Shown here: piece by piece, positions 52,701 to 64,000 of the stretch | Layout of the letters: each line of letters opens with the position of its first letter | How positions within the stretch are numbered: the stretch's first letter is position 1 | Source: Fimbriosthenelais zetlandica | Lineage: Eukaryota | NCBI GenBank assembly: GCA_977030845.1 | Contig: OZ365118.1 | Span: 17,794,001 to 17,858,000, forward strand | Reading direction: 5' to 3' | Length of the DNA stretch: 64,000 nt | Translations under genes and position numbers: made by a program | Notes under the pieces: model-generated | The model's input: the letters and a program-made list of their open reading frames with translations, nothing else | Told to the model about the DNA's origin: nothing | The model's database searches: none

Positions 52701-54455
52701 CTTGATGGGTCACAAATGATAACCATGTCCATCCATACAGTATGAAGACTATTACTACATCTCAGGTGCTGGAGAAAAAAGACACCATTCTTATTCTGTC
52801 TCTATTGATTACAATATGTAAATAAATTTATATATATTTTGTCTTATAAAAAATGATTATATATATTTACCTTTCATTTTAACTTTTCGGCCACCAATGC
52901 ATAGCCTGATTCTCACTGCCTTGGCCTTGAACAAGGAGTATAGAATGACTATATGATCCTATATAGTTGCTTTGAACCAAACATAATCAGGTACATATTA
53001 GGTTGCTCATTGCCATTCCTCAATACATAAATACATGATTCACCGTGTTTTATGCTCTTACCACTGGACATACACCTATATCTGAATGACTTTTTGGGCT
53101 GGATGTAAGATGATCCTCCCACAGGTCTTATTTCTGGCCGTGGGTTGTCAGTGAAACCCATGATAAAGTGTCTGGGCACCTATCGAAGCCACGTGCTGCT
53201 ATCTTGTAGCTGATAAGATTGGAGGAGGGTCAGGCATACCCCCCTACCTTCCATAGATAACTGGTGGTCGGCCAGTAATGGCCTGCCTTTACATGCCTCA
53301 CTGTTCTCATTTAGGCCAATAGTGATCGTTTTTATGTTCACCCTCATTCGATACACCCCAAAATATTCTTGTTCATTATTTTAGTGAAAGTTATCTCTGG
53401 TATTGCGGCGGGATATACGAATTCTGATGTCCATGAAAGGATAAGACATCTGGATGGAATCATCTATTCCATATTCTCCTGAAAAACCAGCAAGAAATCA
53501 TCCTAAAAACCACAAAATAAATGTAATTGGAGTCTAGCGTAGCGAGGGTGGTCCGTGAGCATGCCAGCATTGTAGGTGATGGTATGGCTAGGTTCTATAT
53601 AGAGCTTGTATTGGACCATTTGTCTGCCATTTGGGCCTTTGATGTGATCTTGTTTCAATCTGGTGGGCAGAATTTATGACTGTTTTACGGGGATATTTGT
53701 CTGTTAGGTCCACTGCTCCATGTTGTCTTACCTCTACATATTCCCTGTATCTATAGACATTGAGTGATCATGATCGATAGTGGAGTACCTTTGTAATATT
53801 ATAGCCTCACAAGATGGTACCGATCTGGGGTATGTCTCATAGAAAGAGGCACTATGTGTATCAATAGGCTATCGGCTAATGCAGGACAATTGTTTGTATG
53901 AAACAGGCCCCCTGAGTTGAGATAGGGGAACTGTCGTTAGAAAAATGGACATGGGAATAAGGGAGTGAGAGGAAGGAGGTGCCAGTCAACTGCCAAGCGT
54001 TTGTACATGTTATAATTACTGGGAAATTACGATACTTAAGACCTGTACCTCTTCTTCATGGTAGCGTCTTTAGTCATGTATCTTAGTTCCATTTATATAG
54101 CCAAAGATGGAGAATATAATATTTGATGAACGTGGGTAAAGATTTACCAATCAGATCCTGATATATTGTATTTAATCTGGGATGCTGGAGAAATTTTTAC
54201 TAGAGAATTTCCTATTTTTTCACCATTCACTTTGTTAGGGCCATCTGGCCACATTCTCGATAGAGTACGCGTTTAATCTGCCCATTTATAACACAAAGTA
54301 AAGATGTATGGCTTTAAATCTTTGATCTGATGTCCATTCACCAGGGTTAAGGTTTGTTGGGGGTCCACCCCAGACACATGCATCACCCCAACATGCCCAC
54401 CCTCAGACACAGAATCAAGATTCTCCCCCAGAGGGCACCTCAAGGTCATGGAGCT

Positions 54456-54552
54456 ACTTCCGGTTGTGTCGCCGGGCACGTGTCGCGATGCTTAGGTTTT
54501 ATCGCTGAAATTTACAAGACACAAATTTTAAATTTAATGTTTCCATGGCAAC
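54456..54552. promoter_or_regulatory. CpG-retaining element with ETS, E-box and RFX motifs
   Basis: ACTTCCGGT at 54456-54464, CACGTG at 54477-54482 and GTTTCCATGGCAAC at 54539-54552. Confidence 0.45.
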
Positions 54553-54694
54553 CTATAAAATATGTTCCTGGGAACACATGTAAGTGTTCACCTTTGAATT
54601 GAAATCATCTCGACGCACTTCAAGAGTTGCATGTGATTTTAGGATGAAACCTTCCACAGACCATGGGAATTGTTACTTCATTTAATTTCATTCC

Positions 54695-54785
54695 GTTATG
54701 ATCTGAACTGGATTTGAACCCGGAACCATGGAGAATGATTGACAATAACTTTACAACCCTCCCCACTGGACCCAACAGGGCTGCT
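54695..54785 (-). mobile_element. Degenerate tRNA-derived SINE head (possible)
   Basis: The minus strand reads GGTCCAGTGG (A-box-like, 54763-54772) ... GGTTCAAATCC (B-box, 54710-54720), with tRNA-like spacing of about 42 nt. It is not an intact tRNA. Confidence 0.4.
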
Positions 54786-57700
54786 TCTACTGTTACCCAC
54801 CCCCCAATCGCGTGCCAATTGTTACAGTGATGAGTGGGAGATGGGAGGGGTATGGTTCTCACCTGTCTGTACAATGATCAGCTGATGCCTCAGTCCAAAC
54901 AGGGCAAGTTTACATCCAGGGCGCTCAGCCAATCTCAGTGCATTTTTAACAAAACCAAACAAACCAAAATAGATTTTATGACGTTACTAATAATTCATTA
55001 AAACTATAGGAAAATCATCCCAAAAATGTTGGTTCCATGGCAAATTATGGCCTGCAGAAAGAAGTAGTTATTTTTATGCAGTTAAATTATGTTAAGTATC
55101 GATTTGGATTACAACTACAAGAGATTATAGTTTTTTGGCATTTTTTCAAGAGGTTGAGCTTTCAATAGATAACTACACAAGCTCACACACCCTCTAATCT
55201 ATCGGTACATTTGTGTGGGTGTGCTCTATCAAATCGATAAAAAAACAACTTAAAACAACTTTTGTTTTGCCATAACATAACAACCTACCTGTCTGTTAGC
55301 TTCGTGCTTCCATAGAAGCCTGCCAAAGTTTGATAAGTTTGTTCGATACGGAAAATACATTCCAAACAAAGTCAGAGACCACCATACCCCTTATTTAAAC
55401 ACTAAATGGACATAAACATTTGCTTTCATTGGCCTTAATGTGTGGTAATATACAGTGTCTTTGGCAGATTATTAGCATGTTTATGCCCTGATGATTGTTT
55501 TGTACTATACGCAGGACCATACCATATAGGGAGGGGACATGGGGCGCCAGACTCATTCCATGCCAACATCTCACATAATATTTGGTAACCCCGGGGAGCG
55601 TAAGCTTTTAAAACTTTAATCTCACAAACTTTGGCTTGGTTCCTATTTTAGTTTACAAAAGTTGGGACAGAATATATACTCCTCCTCAGATAAATTCCAA
55701 ATTGTCCAAGAGCGCATCCTGCCTCCTCCACTTTTCAGAGATGATTATTTTTCATTCAAAAAATAGATTTTATGGGCAAAAAGCTAGCCCCCGCCCCGTC
55801 GAAAATCCTGGATCCAACCCTGACCGATTATACCATCTGGAAGCTATGGAGAGAAGTACTGATTATAATCTAATTTATCTGATACCAATTTGCCCTGTTG
55901 CCTGAGAGCTGGCTATAACGGATCAGTTGTGGCTATATATTTGATGAGATCTCGTGGAGCGTGAGGGCTGTGACCCCACAGTGGAGGTGTGACCCCACAC
56001 TATTCTATGAGAAATGCAGGTGTTCCCAGCTATGCTAATCACACCTGCCCCCAGCTCGAGGTGGCGCCACCCGCTCCCACCACCAGGTGTCTCTGTGTAC
56101 CTAGCTGGGGGCAGAATCTCTCTATGCTGGTGCCATTACCTGTCCCCATCATCCGGGTCCCACTCCAGCTCATCCGGGTAACGAACATACTGCCAAAAAT
56201 TATATTTTTAGGTCCTTTTAAAATCTTAAACGGTCGTTTTCTCCGGGCTTTATTGGAATTTTCAATTCCCAATCTGTAACCCTGTATAATCTTCAGAAAC
56301 CAATTATTCAATTTGTCAAGAATTATCATGAATCTAATCAGTTTGTTTCCACCCAGTACTTAATGTTAATATGCACCTTTTCCATTATGGAATTATACAT
56401 TAATTCTATATGATCTTTATATCTGTGTTGACAAGTGAACATAGTGTATCATTAGGATCAAGTTGTCTGTAGATTTAACCAGACAGCCCCCTCATTAACA
56501 CCCACCGTGTTTGACAAGCTCAACATTCTTCAAATTAACATTTTGAAAGGCACAATTTACTACAATTTTCATGAACATTTCATTCAGTTTTTAGCACATC
56601 ATAAAAAGCCCTCAGAAACAATTTATTACACCCTATGTCAATCACACTGACGCGTTTCAAAATTGTTATTTCAAAAGGAAACACTTTTGGATTTGAAAGA
56701 ATTTGTACTATTTTCCCAAGGGCTAAGTTAAGATGAATGGGCAACAAATTTGGAGTTAATTTTGCTTAGCCCGCACCAAAGATATACCGCTCATTGATTG
56801 GACATGAACATATGTGACCCTGACCTCACTACCTCGACCTTGACCTTAATGTTTGACCCCAGATAGAGGTCTGGCTGACCAGTGGGCATTTAGGCCAAGA
56901 GAATGTTCTGTTTCCTTCAAAAACGCAGATGTTCAAGTTTCTGTTTTCCTTTGTGTTTCACATGTGGTAATCGTGTAGTATTTTCATCAAAATTAAACCT
57001 ATTCCATCAGATCTGGCTTGGGATGATCGAATTCTTGTCTGTCAGGCCACTTTCAAGCAAGTACACTGGAAGCAGATTTGTGGTCTCTGGCCTGAGCAGC
57101 AGTGGTCATTGCTCACACTGGAGGAATGCCCTGGAGCAGCAACCTGTGTACTGTTTGATCCTGTACGGGTCAGTTAATGGTCAGCTGGTGGTCAGCGAGG
57201 GTCAGTGACGTGCTGATAACTGGTATATTAGCCTTGCTCCACGGTCCTTAACCCCTTCCCTCTCATATCCCCAGGTCCACACGTGTTTCACCATCAGACA
57301 TATGTCTCTATTCCTATATGGACTCTGTAGGATTATTGACATTTTGGGTAGACATGGTAAAATAACTTCAGCAACTGTTGAAATATGCTTCAGTTGCTTC
57401 CAAATCTTCACGCAATATAAGAAAGAAGATAAAAATTGGAGCAAAAGCCTTTCAGAAGTTCTTTCAGAAGTCTTTTCCTTTTGGAAGTTGAGGAAATGGG
57501 TACTTAGGAGAAAGTGAGAAGCGGACCCATACGCCTCCCTCAGGCCTGCCTTCTATTATAGAAGCATGAAGAATACAGACAAATGTTGTTTAGACCAAGT
57601 TAAATGGCCGAGGTGTCGGGTGATGGGATGGAAGGGTTTCATTTTCCTTGATGTCTGGCCTTGCTGGGAAGAAAAAAGTGGCATGAGAAATGCAGGTAGG

Positions 57701-58309
57701 GTTCTCTGAGCATGGGGAAGGAGAGAAAGCTCTGGTTTGTTTTTCTTTGGGATTAAATGGATGGAGGAGCGCAGTGTCTAATCTACATGCCTTTCTCCGG
57801 CTTTTTCTGAGGTAGTTTTTTTCTGAGGGGGTAAAGTATCACATGAAATGGCTTTTAATGGAGTTCAGCTCCGTGTTCACTCTTAAAGGTGATTACATCT
57901 ATGTATTTGATATAAGCCTTATGGTTTTACATAAATGTATAACTTTTTATAGATGTAACCTAAGTTTAGCAAAGTTTAATGGAGGCAGGGACAACTCATC
58001 TAACTTTTTGGCATTCTTTTTAATGTACATATCTTGTCATTTCATCTGGATTTAGATTGGATTTTCTATAGATAAACCCTTAGATATCCCCTGAGGAATT
58101 TCAAGTCAGTAGTATCATTGTTTTAGGCTAATACATGCCACCAACGAAGATAGTTTACCCACTCCCAAGGAACGTGAAGGTAATATACCTCCAGTGTGAA
58201 CCCTCACTGTGCACTACAAGACCCTGCCTACCACCCTACATCACTCATCTGTCAATCACTCCCTCCCCGAGGCCCCACCCCTTCCTCCTCGCCAGGCATT
58301 CTGGGAGTA

Positions 58310-58480
58310 CACATGTTTCCGTTTCCGTTGCTTATGACGCCCGCCCGTGTTAGGGCCGTCTGACAGGTCTATCATGGCGGATTTACACTTCCCGCCATGC
58401 CTCGCCCTCAGGTCAACTTCCGGAATTATGGGAGACATGCGCAGACGCCGGGTAGATTTGCCTCCCTGGAGGATGCGGTT
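58310..58480. promoter_or_regulatory. Promoter-like CpG-rich island (YY1-, E2F-, ETS- and NRF1-like motifs)
   Basis: CATGGCGG at 58373-58380 with inverted CCGCCATG at 58392-58399, TTCCCGCC at 58389-58396, ACTTCCGG at 58416-58423 and CATGCGCA at 58436-58443. Confidence 0.45.
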
Positions 58481-59260
58481 GTCTCGTGTGAATAAATTGT
58501 TTAAGGGGAAAACATATAGGGTGCAGGGTATGATGAGACAAGATGGAAATTAGACATAAATGCCTTGTAAGAGTCAGAAAACTTTCCCAGAAAAAAATGG
58601 ATGAATTCTAATGTGAATATGAGATCAAACTTGGAACTTTCTCATTCAAAATGGATTGAAAATTCACTTTAATGCAATGATTCGTTATTCAAATGCAAAT
58701 GTACAATAACTAATGCAATGCATTATTCACCATCCATTCATGTATATGCAGAAACAGGCTCTAGTCACCCACACACATACACACCCTACTCCAGGTTTTG
58801 TAAGGGGATCCGGCCCTGATCCTGACCCTCTCTCGTCGAGGCGTTACCCCGGCCATACTTTTGTCCCTACCTGTCTGTTTCAATCGAGTGGGATCCTTGC
58901 CCGGCACCCCGTCTCCTTCTATTTCACTCTCCCTGATGGATAGGGCTCTAGGGAGGAAACAATTCTGACAGGCGGGGGCTCAAAAACATGGCCGCATATC
59001 AGATAAACTTTCTTATCCCCTTCCCTGACAAGCTGTCGCCGCGTCGCGCGATGATTACAGGCGACAGAATATAACTTCAGGTTCTTATCCGACAACATAT
59101 CATACATATCACTTCATATCCTGGTTAACAGTGGCGAAGTGTTAAAAACACCATGTCAAAACTTTGGGAAAGTATTTTAATAGATTGTGTAAAACAACAT
59201 AGCAAGGCGGAGTTCCAGCTACATCTCAAAATGTAGGAGCCATTTCTGACGCCAATTGGT

Positions 59261-59519
59261 GCTCCCTATAAGCCAAATGGGAAAGACAACTAACCACTGT
59301 CAGTGGTGAGGAGGGGGTGTTCGGAACTGCTGTGTTCAAGCTTTTGACCCCCTGTGAAGTTTTCTACCTACTCGTGTACTTGTCAAATACAAAGCATGTT
59401 CACCTGAATAGTTGCTTCCAACTAAACTACCCACCCCCTCTCCCTCCAGAGCGTCTGCTGAAGGTGTGAAAGCTACTTTAAGGCCCGACCTGTGCCTCGA
59501 ACCCACCACCATCAGCTAC
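59261..59519. repeat. Dispersed two-module repeat, copy B (module 2 inverted)
   Basis: Module 1 is on + at 59261-59286. Module 2 is on - at 59469-59519, and its core GGTGGTGGGTTCGAGGCACAG is 19/21 identical to 22001-22021. Confidence 0.6.
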
Positions 59520-60003
59520 TCCCACCCCCACCAAACACACCCCCAGTCATCCAAAGTTTGGAGGTTTTTCCTAGATAATTGAAAATGGCCGACGACTTAT
59601 AAGATTCATAGCTAAGCCAAGCTCGGGGTTCAAATTACCATTGTCTGACGGACCAACGCTTCATCTCCCGCAGTACTGACTTATAGGACTATAAATCTCA
59701 CCATGTCTCGTTTGATCTCGCGATATTTGCTTCTCACGTAACCCAACTTTTATTCTGATACCATCCCTCCATCAAACTCCCAAGTCCAAACTATAAATCT
59801 TATGTAATATGATGCACTTCTTATAGCTAAGTCAGTTAAGTAGGTGAAAATACCATTGATGAGCAAGAAGGATCTAATGGTGAATTGGCCTCAGATTCCC
59901 AATCATAAAATTTAGTGGAGAAAGATCATTCAAAAGGAGTCCTTTTGTGAAGGGTCACAGTTCGAGGACTATGTGGTCTACATCATGTTATCTATTGGTG
60001 CAT

Positions 60004-60077
60004 GTTTCCTTGGTAACGCTTACCACTGACCCAAGAGATGATTCTAGACACAGGAGGTGTTCAGTTGCCATGGTAAC
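60004..60077. promoter_or_regulatory. Pair of RFX X-boxes
   Basis: GTTTCCTTGGTAAC at 60004-60017 and GTTGCCATGGTAAC at 60064-60077. Confidence 0.5.
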
Positions 60078-62185
60078 TATCTCCCCATGTCATCACTGCC
60101 ATTTGTTTTAATGAAAAAAATACCCCATGTTTTTTTATTCTCTGAAACTTGATCTAATATAAAATATTTGATCCTCGGATATTTTTCTGACCCGGAGGCT
60201 CAAAAAGATGGATGCTTTTTCAATAAATAAAATGTGTGTTCAAGTTTTGCTCCTTGAAAAATGTTAAATACTGCCGATATTTTTCATGGAGCACCAAAAG
60301 CCCTTTGGGAGCAAAGTGTAGCATGTAAGAAAACAGATGGTTAGCACAGACAAGGGGGCTTCACCCCCAGGGGCCCTTACTCTGACACTCGACCGGCTAC
60401 AGTCTTTCTCCAAATATTTTCCATTGCAGGGGGTCCTATATTGTATACCCTATATTATATAAGTGGGTTTTCATATGTTGTTATCTGGTATTTCAAAGCA
60501 GCTGTCAAAATCCGTGGTTAAAAGGACTGCTTTGAACTAACCAAGATTCATAACCAAGAGGCCCCCTGAATCTCTGAAGCACTGACCTGTTTATAGCTAG
60601 CAGAAAGACTGTAAATAGTCCACCATTGCCTTCCGACCCCCCTTCGGTGTCTCTTTCAACCTCTGGACTCATATTCCAGCTAAGAAAACATATTTTCAGT
60701 GAACCTCAAAACTTAAACCTGTTGCTAAGCGCCCCCTTGCAAGGAGAGAGTTCATTACGTGTCTGTTTGTCTGTCTGTTTTTCTATATTTCCTTGTGACT
60801 CTGTGTCTCTTCTGTCTCACCCAGAACAACCCAAACAAACTAAAAACAGTAAATCATGTCATCTTGTAAGATGATCTACCTCTCCTGATTGCTTTCCCTG
60901 TATGTTTATCTATGAAAGAATCCCTTTCATAAAATACATATTTTTACTTCTAGACAAAGGCCTGAATCTCCGGGTTTCTTTTATCCTCAAGGTGAAGGAA
61001 ATACTATATATGTTTCACACAATTCTCACCGATTTCTCACACGTGCATTGGTCAAATTTCTTAAGCTTTGGCTTAGTATTTCTGTCCACTGGCAATTGGT
61101 CAAATGTGTTAAGGGGGTTGAGAGAATTGTAGCCGACATGCCACTCCACACATGGACATGGTGCAGTGATATATTATTCCAAAGTAAAGTTAGAGATAGA
61201 GCCTCTGGGCTTTTAAAAAGAAGGTACTTTGAAGTGGCGTGTCTTTCAGGGTTCTCAGAAGCTGGGATGCATTAAAGGGTGTGTACTCGTCTACTCCAGT
61301 ATCAGGATCATATGACCAGCAGGTTGAAATGTTAGGGTAGTCAAAATAAAGCATGACCAACTGACACTGGCCACTGACACTTGTTCCTAACACAGTGATG
61401 ACCTCTTATGAAACTACACTACAAGTGTTTTCATTAGGAAATTGTGAACTTGAATCTGAAATTTTCTACCGGAATAGTATAAAGAATCATTCCCATTGTT
61501 GAGAAAGTTTTGATATGTTAATTTGCTACAGGAATTTGCTTTGCATTTCCCCGATTAACATTTCTTCTTAACCTTGATTTTCATGAGAATTCCCTAAGTT
61601 AATGGTATGCTCTTTTAAATGTAGAAATACTTATTCATGAGAACCCCTTCTGTTGGGGAATGCCCACTCATTTAGAATATTACCCCTATACGCGGAAGGA
61701 TACATATGTATGTCCTTGTTACATGTTAGGTCTTTGTATATTTCCGCGGCTAAATACAGGGCTCTGTAGGAAATCACAGGGATACTATTACATGCGACAC
61801 CGCTGACTTCCTGACGGCGCTGTCGCGGCTTTTATTCGCCGGACTAACTTTTATGGAGGGTTTGATTTATATGGGGACCTTTAACCCTCCTCATCTAACC
61901 CCACCTCTGATCCCTATGGTACGCCCTCTTCCCTACCAATTTGGAAAGAATCCCTTCTTAGTTACTCAGTAAAACGGAGAGATTTCTCTGATAAATCTGA
62001 ATAGGATCTGTGGGAACATTCCAGGAAGTTATTTCTTACTTAGTAGTCAAGAGAAAATGATATAATCATGGGTTGTAAATACCCCCACTACGCTCCCCAA
62101 TATTCAACAGGAAGATCCAGAATAATTTTACACAATTTGATGATAAAATGTGCATTTATTTAATGGTTTTTACATGTATTTCCAG

Positions 62186-62387
62186 GTTCACATCAAGCTG
62201 TTGGATCAGAACGACAGCCCGCCGATCTTTGTTCCCTCCGAGTACAATGTCGACGTCAGAGAGGACGTCAATCCCGGACATGACGTCATTAACGTCATCG
62301 CTACGGACGCTGACGAGCAGGGGGCGCTACTGTATAAGATCGTGGACGGAAATGACGACAACACGTTCTCCGTGGACGCTACTAGAG
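62186..62387 (+). CDS. Internal coding exon of a cadherin-superfamily gene (end of one extracellular cadherin repeat and most of the next)
   Basis: Translates in phase 0 as VHIKLLDQNDSPPIFVPSEYNVDVREDVNPGHDVINVIATDADEQGALLYKIVDGNDDNTFSVDATR(G). It has the Ca2+-binding DxNDxxPxF linker (DQNDSPPIF), the VRE/D motif, AxDxD (ATDAD) and the YxIxxGN..F pattern. The acceptor is ttttacatgtatttccAG (AG 62184-62185) and the donor is AG|GTGAGA (GT 62388-62389). The exon is 202 nt, phase 0 in and phase 1 out. The ORF-track extensions on either side are intronic. Subfamily cannot be assigned from one exon. Confidence 0.93.
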
Positions 62388-64000
62388 GTGAGAATTCCTT
62401 CCTCTTTTTAATATATTTCGTTTCACCTAAAACTTCTATACTCTTCTATAGACATTAGGCCTATACAGGGATGCGTTTACAAATCCCCCTTAGTCACCGA
62501 TCCAAGTTAAATACCAACAATCCCAAGCAATACATTTTCTGAAAGGGTATTCAGATCCGAGAACTCAGGACAACAAAGTGTTTCCCTAAAGTCACTTTTA
62601 AGCAGACTCAATCTCACATCCCCCAAAGCGAGCCCCGTGTGCCTGATGGAATACCTCCCTCACTGCCCCTCTAGTTCACCAGCTTCCCACCTGGGGCTCT
62701 CCAGGTACAGTTTGGGGGCTCTCCTCCCTTGTTTGACTTAAGATTCAATTTAAAGATACCATGAAGTCTTTAGGGGGAAACCAATACGATTCTTCCAATC
62801 TAGTTAGGATTTCCATTTGCCAACGGCTGCCACTGCTCGCCAAGACCTAATGAATATCAATGAAGGTTGAATTCAATTGGAAATGGAAAACATTGATTTA
62901 ACTGGAAGGCCTGACCGCTGATAACTTAACCTGGGCCTGTATAGGGCTGGATAAATTAGATGAATATTCCCCGCTCACCCTCTCCTTTCATCCTGATCCT
63001 GGAAATTGATACCAAATCCACTTTAGTGATAGCATGAATTGACTATTGAATTTTCTTCAAGAAGCGCCCATTGCGCTACTGAAGTATGAGACATTCCATT
63101 GAACAATATGCATAAATAAAACTGGCTTGTTTCATAATAAATTGCAATTGATAGACCAATATGGTGAGCTCATGGGCTAATAGAGCTATTTTTATAAAAC
63201 GGTCCCTCTCCGATATGTGATGCTCAACTTTCATCCCTGGCTTTGTTGTTTCTTTCCTGTCAACAGCAGCACATGATTCACTGATATGTGGAGAAAGGGA
63301 TGGGGGGTGTAGGTGAGGAGGGGGGAGGGGGGATGATGAAGGGGGCTTCCCCACTACTTCACATCTTTCAGCCAGAATCCAGCCCCGCCCTTGTACCTAA
63401 GAACGTCCTCTGAATGAATATGCTTCAGCTCAAGTGCTGATGAAAACGCCTCGCTATCGCCTTATCTGACAATTTTAGTGTTTCCTGTGATATTAAAACT
63501 ATTGCCTTGGAAATAAATTTCTGGTTTATGTTGGCAATTTTGGGATGGTTTTTGAGCTATGAACTAATGATGTATCCGTGGTCTAATTTGGAGGATTTAT
63601 CTGTAGGTTACTCACTAATATCAGAGCTCTGGCGCCATGTGGTTCATTTCTCTGGTTCCGTTTGCCATGTCCAGCGTTTCACCTTTTATCACGAGCACTG
63701 GTAATGGCGAGTGATTGAGGTACATTATGTCGCCCTGCCCTGCGCGCCTCGTTCATCATTACAGGCCACCGTACAATGGCCGCCCTGACTGGGCTGGATG
63801 AGGACAAACCAGGCCCCATGTTGGAATGTGACACTTGTGGCAGATCTAGTTCTGCATGAATCATTTGTTTGGAAATGGTCAGAAATTGGAACCAGTTAAA
63901 AACAAGGTCAAGAAAATTGCAATTTTCTGATGTCCAATGGTTATTGGAATACAAATGTAATACAAATTTCCATATCCTATTGCATTTTCTGTGTTTGGGA

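Larger units (their letters stand above)
1..62185 (+). other. Giant intron (or visible part of one) upstream of the cadherin exon
   Basis: No other cadherin-like or recognisable coding exon was found. Strong splice signals occur on the + strand and none comparable on the - strand. The upstream exon lies outside the window. Very short coding exons could have been missed. Confidence 0.7.

Noticed and set aside
193-61393. The many 60-139 aa ORFs in the six-frame track
   Set aside because: No recognisable domains. Many are low-complexity translations of GA/CT tracts, and short ORFs of this size are expected by chance.
61272-61882. TTAA-AGG...CCT-TTAA as possible Kolobok/piggyBac-type MITE ends
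   Set aside because: No terminal inverted repeat beyond AGG.
62150-62458. The full 102-aa ORF as a stand-alone gene
   Set aside because: The first 12 and last ~22 residues lie outside strong splice sites and are not cadherin-like. Only 62186-62387 is exon.
1-64000. rRNA, intact tRNA, CRISPR arrays, prokaryotic operons or terminators
   Set aside because: None seen. The sequence is spliceosomal eukaryotic DNA.

Overview
Eukaryotic (metazoan) genomic DNA, roughly 40% GC by eye and probably from an invertebrate; the taxon cannot be fixed from sequence alone. The only convincing coding sequence is a 202-nt internal exon on the + strand (62186-62387) encoding parts of two consecutive cadherin repeats. 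Everything upstream looks like one giant (>62 kb) sense-strand intron of that cadherin gene, and the other ORFs in the track appear spurious. The most striking signal is four textbook recursive-splicing sites (branch point, polypyrimidine tract, YAG|GT donor) at 1722, 17761, 30065 and 48262. They cut the intron into 12-18 kb steps. Each is followed 35-39 nt later by a second U1-complementary element. In two of the four that element has lost the +1 G (G|ATAAGTAT, AAG|CTAAGTAT), so it could recruit U1 for exon definition but should not splice as a normal donor. The intron also carries many recurrent motifs (T-box, RFX X-box, nuclear-receptor elements, ETS/NRF1 islands, an unassigned GGGCGATAWTAG 12-mer), low-complexity tracts and a few repeat remnants. 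No rRNA, intact tRNA, CRISPR array or intact transposon ORF was found. All counts are by eye and need computational confirmation.
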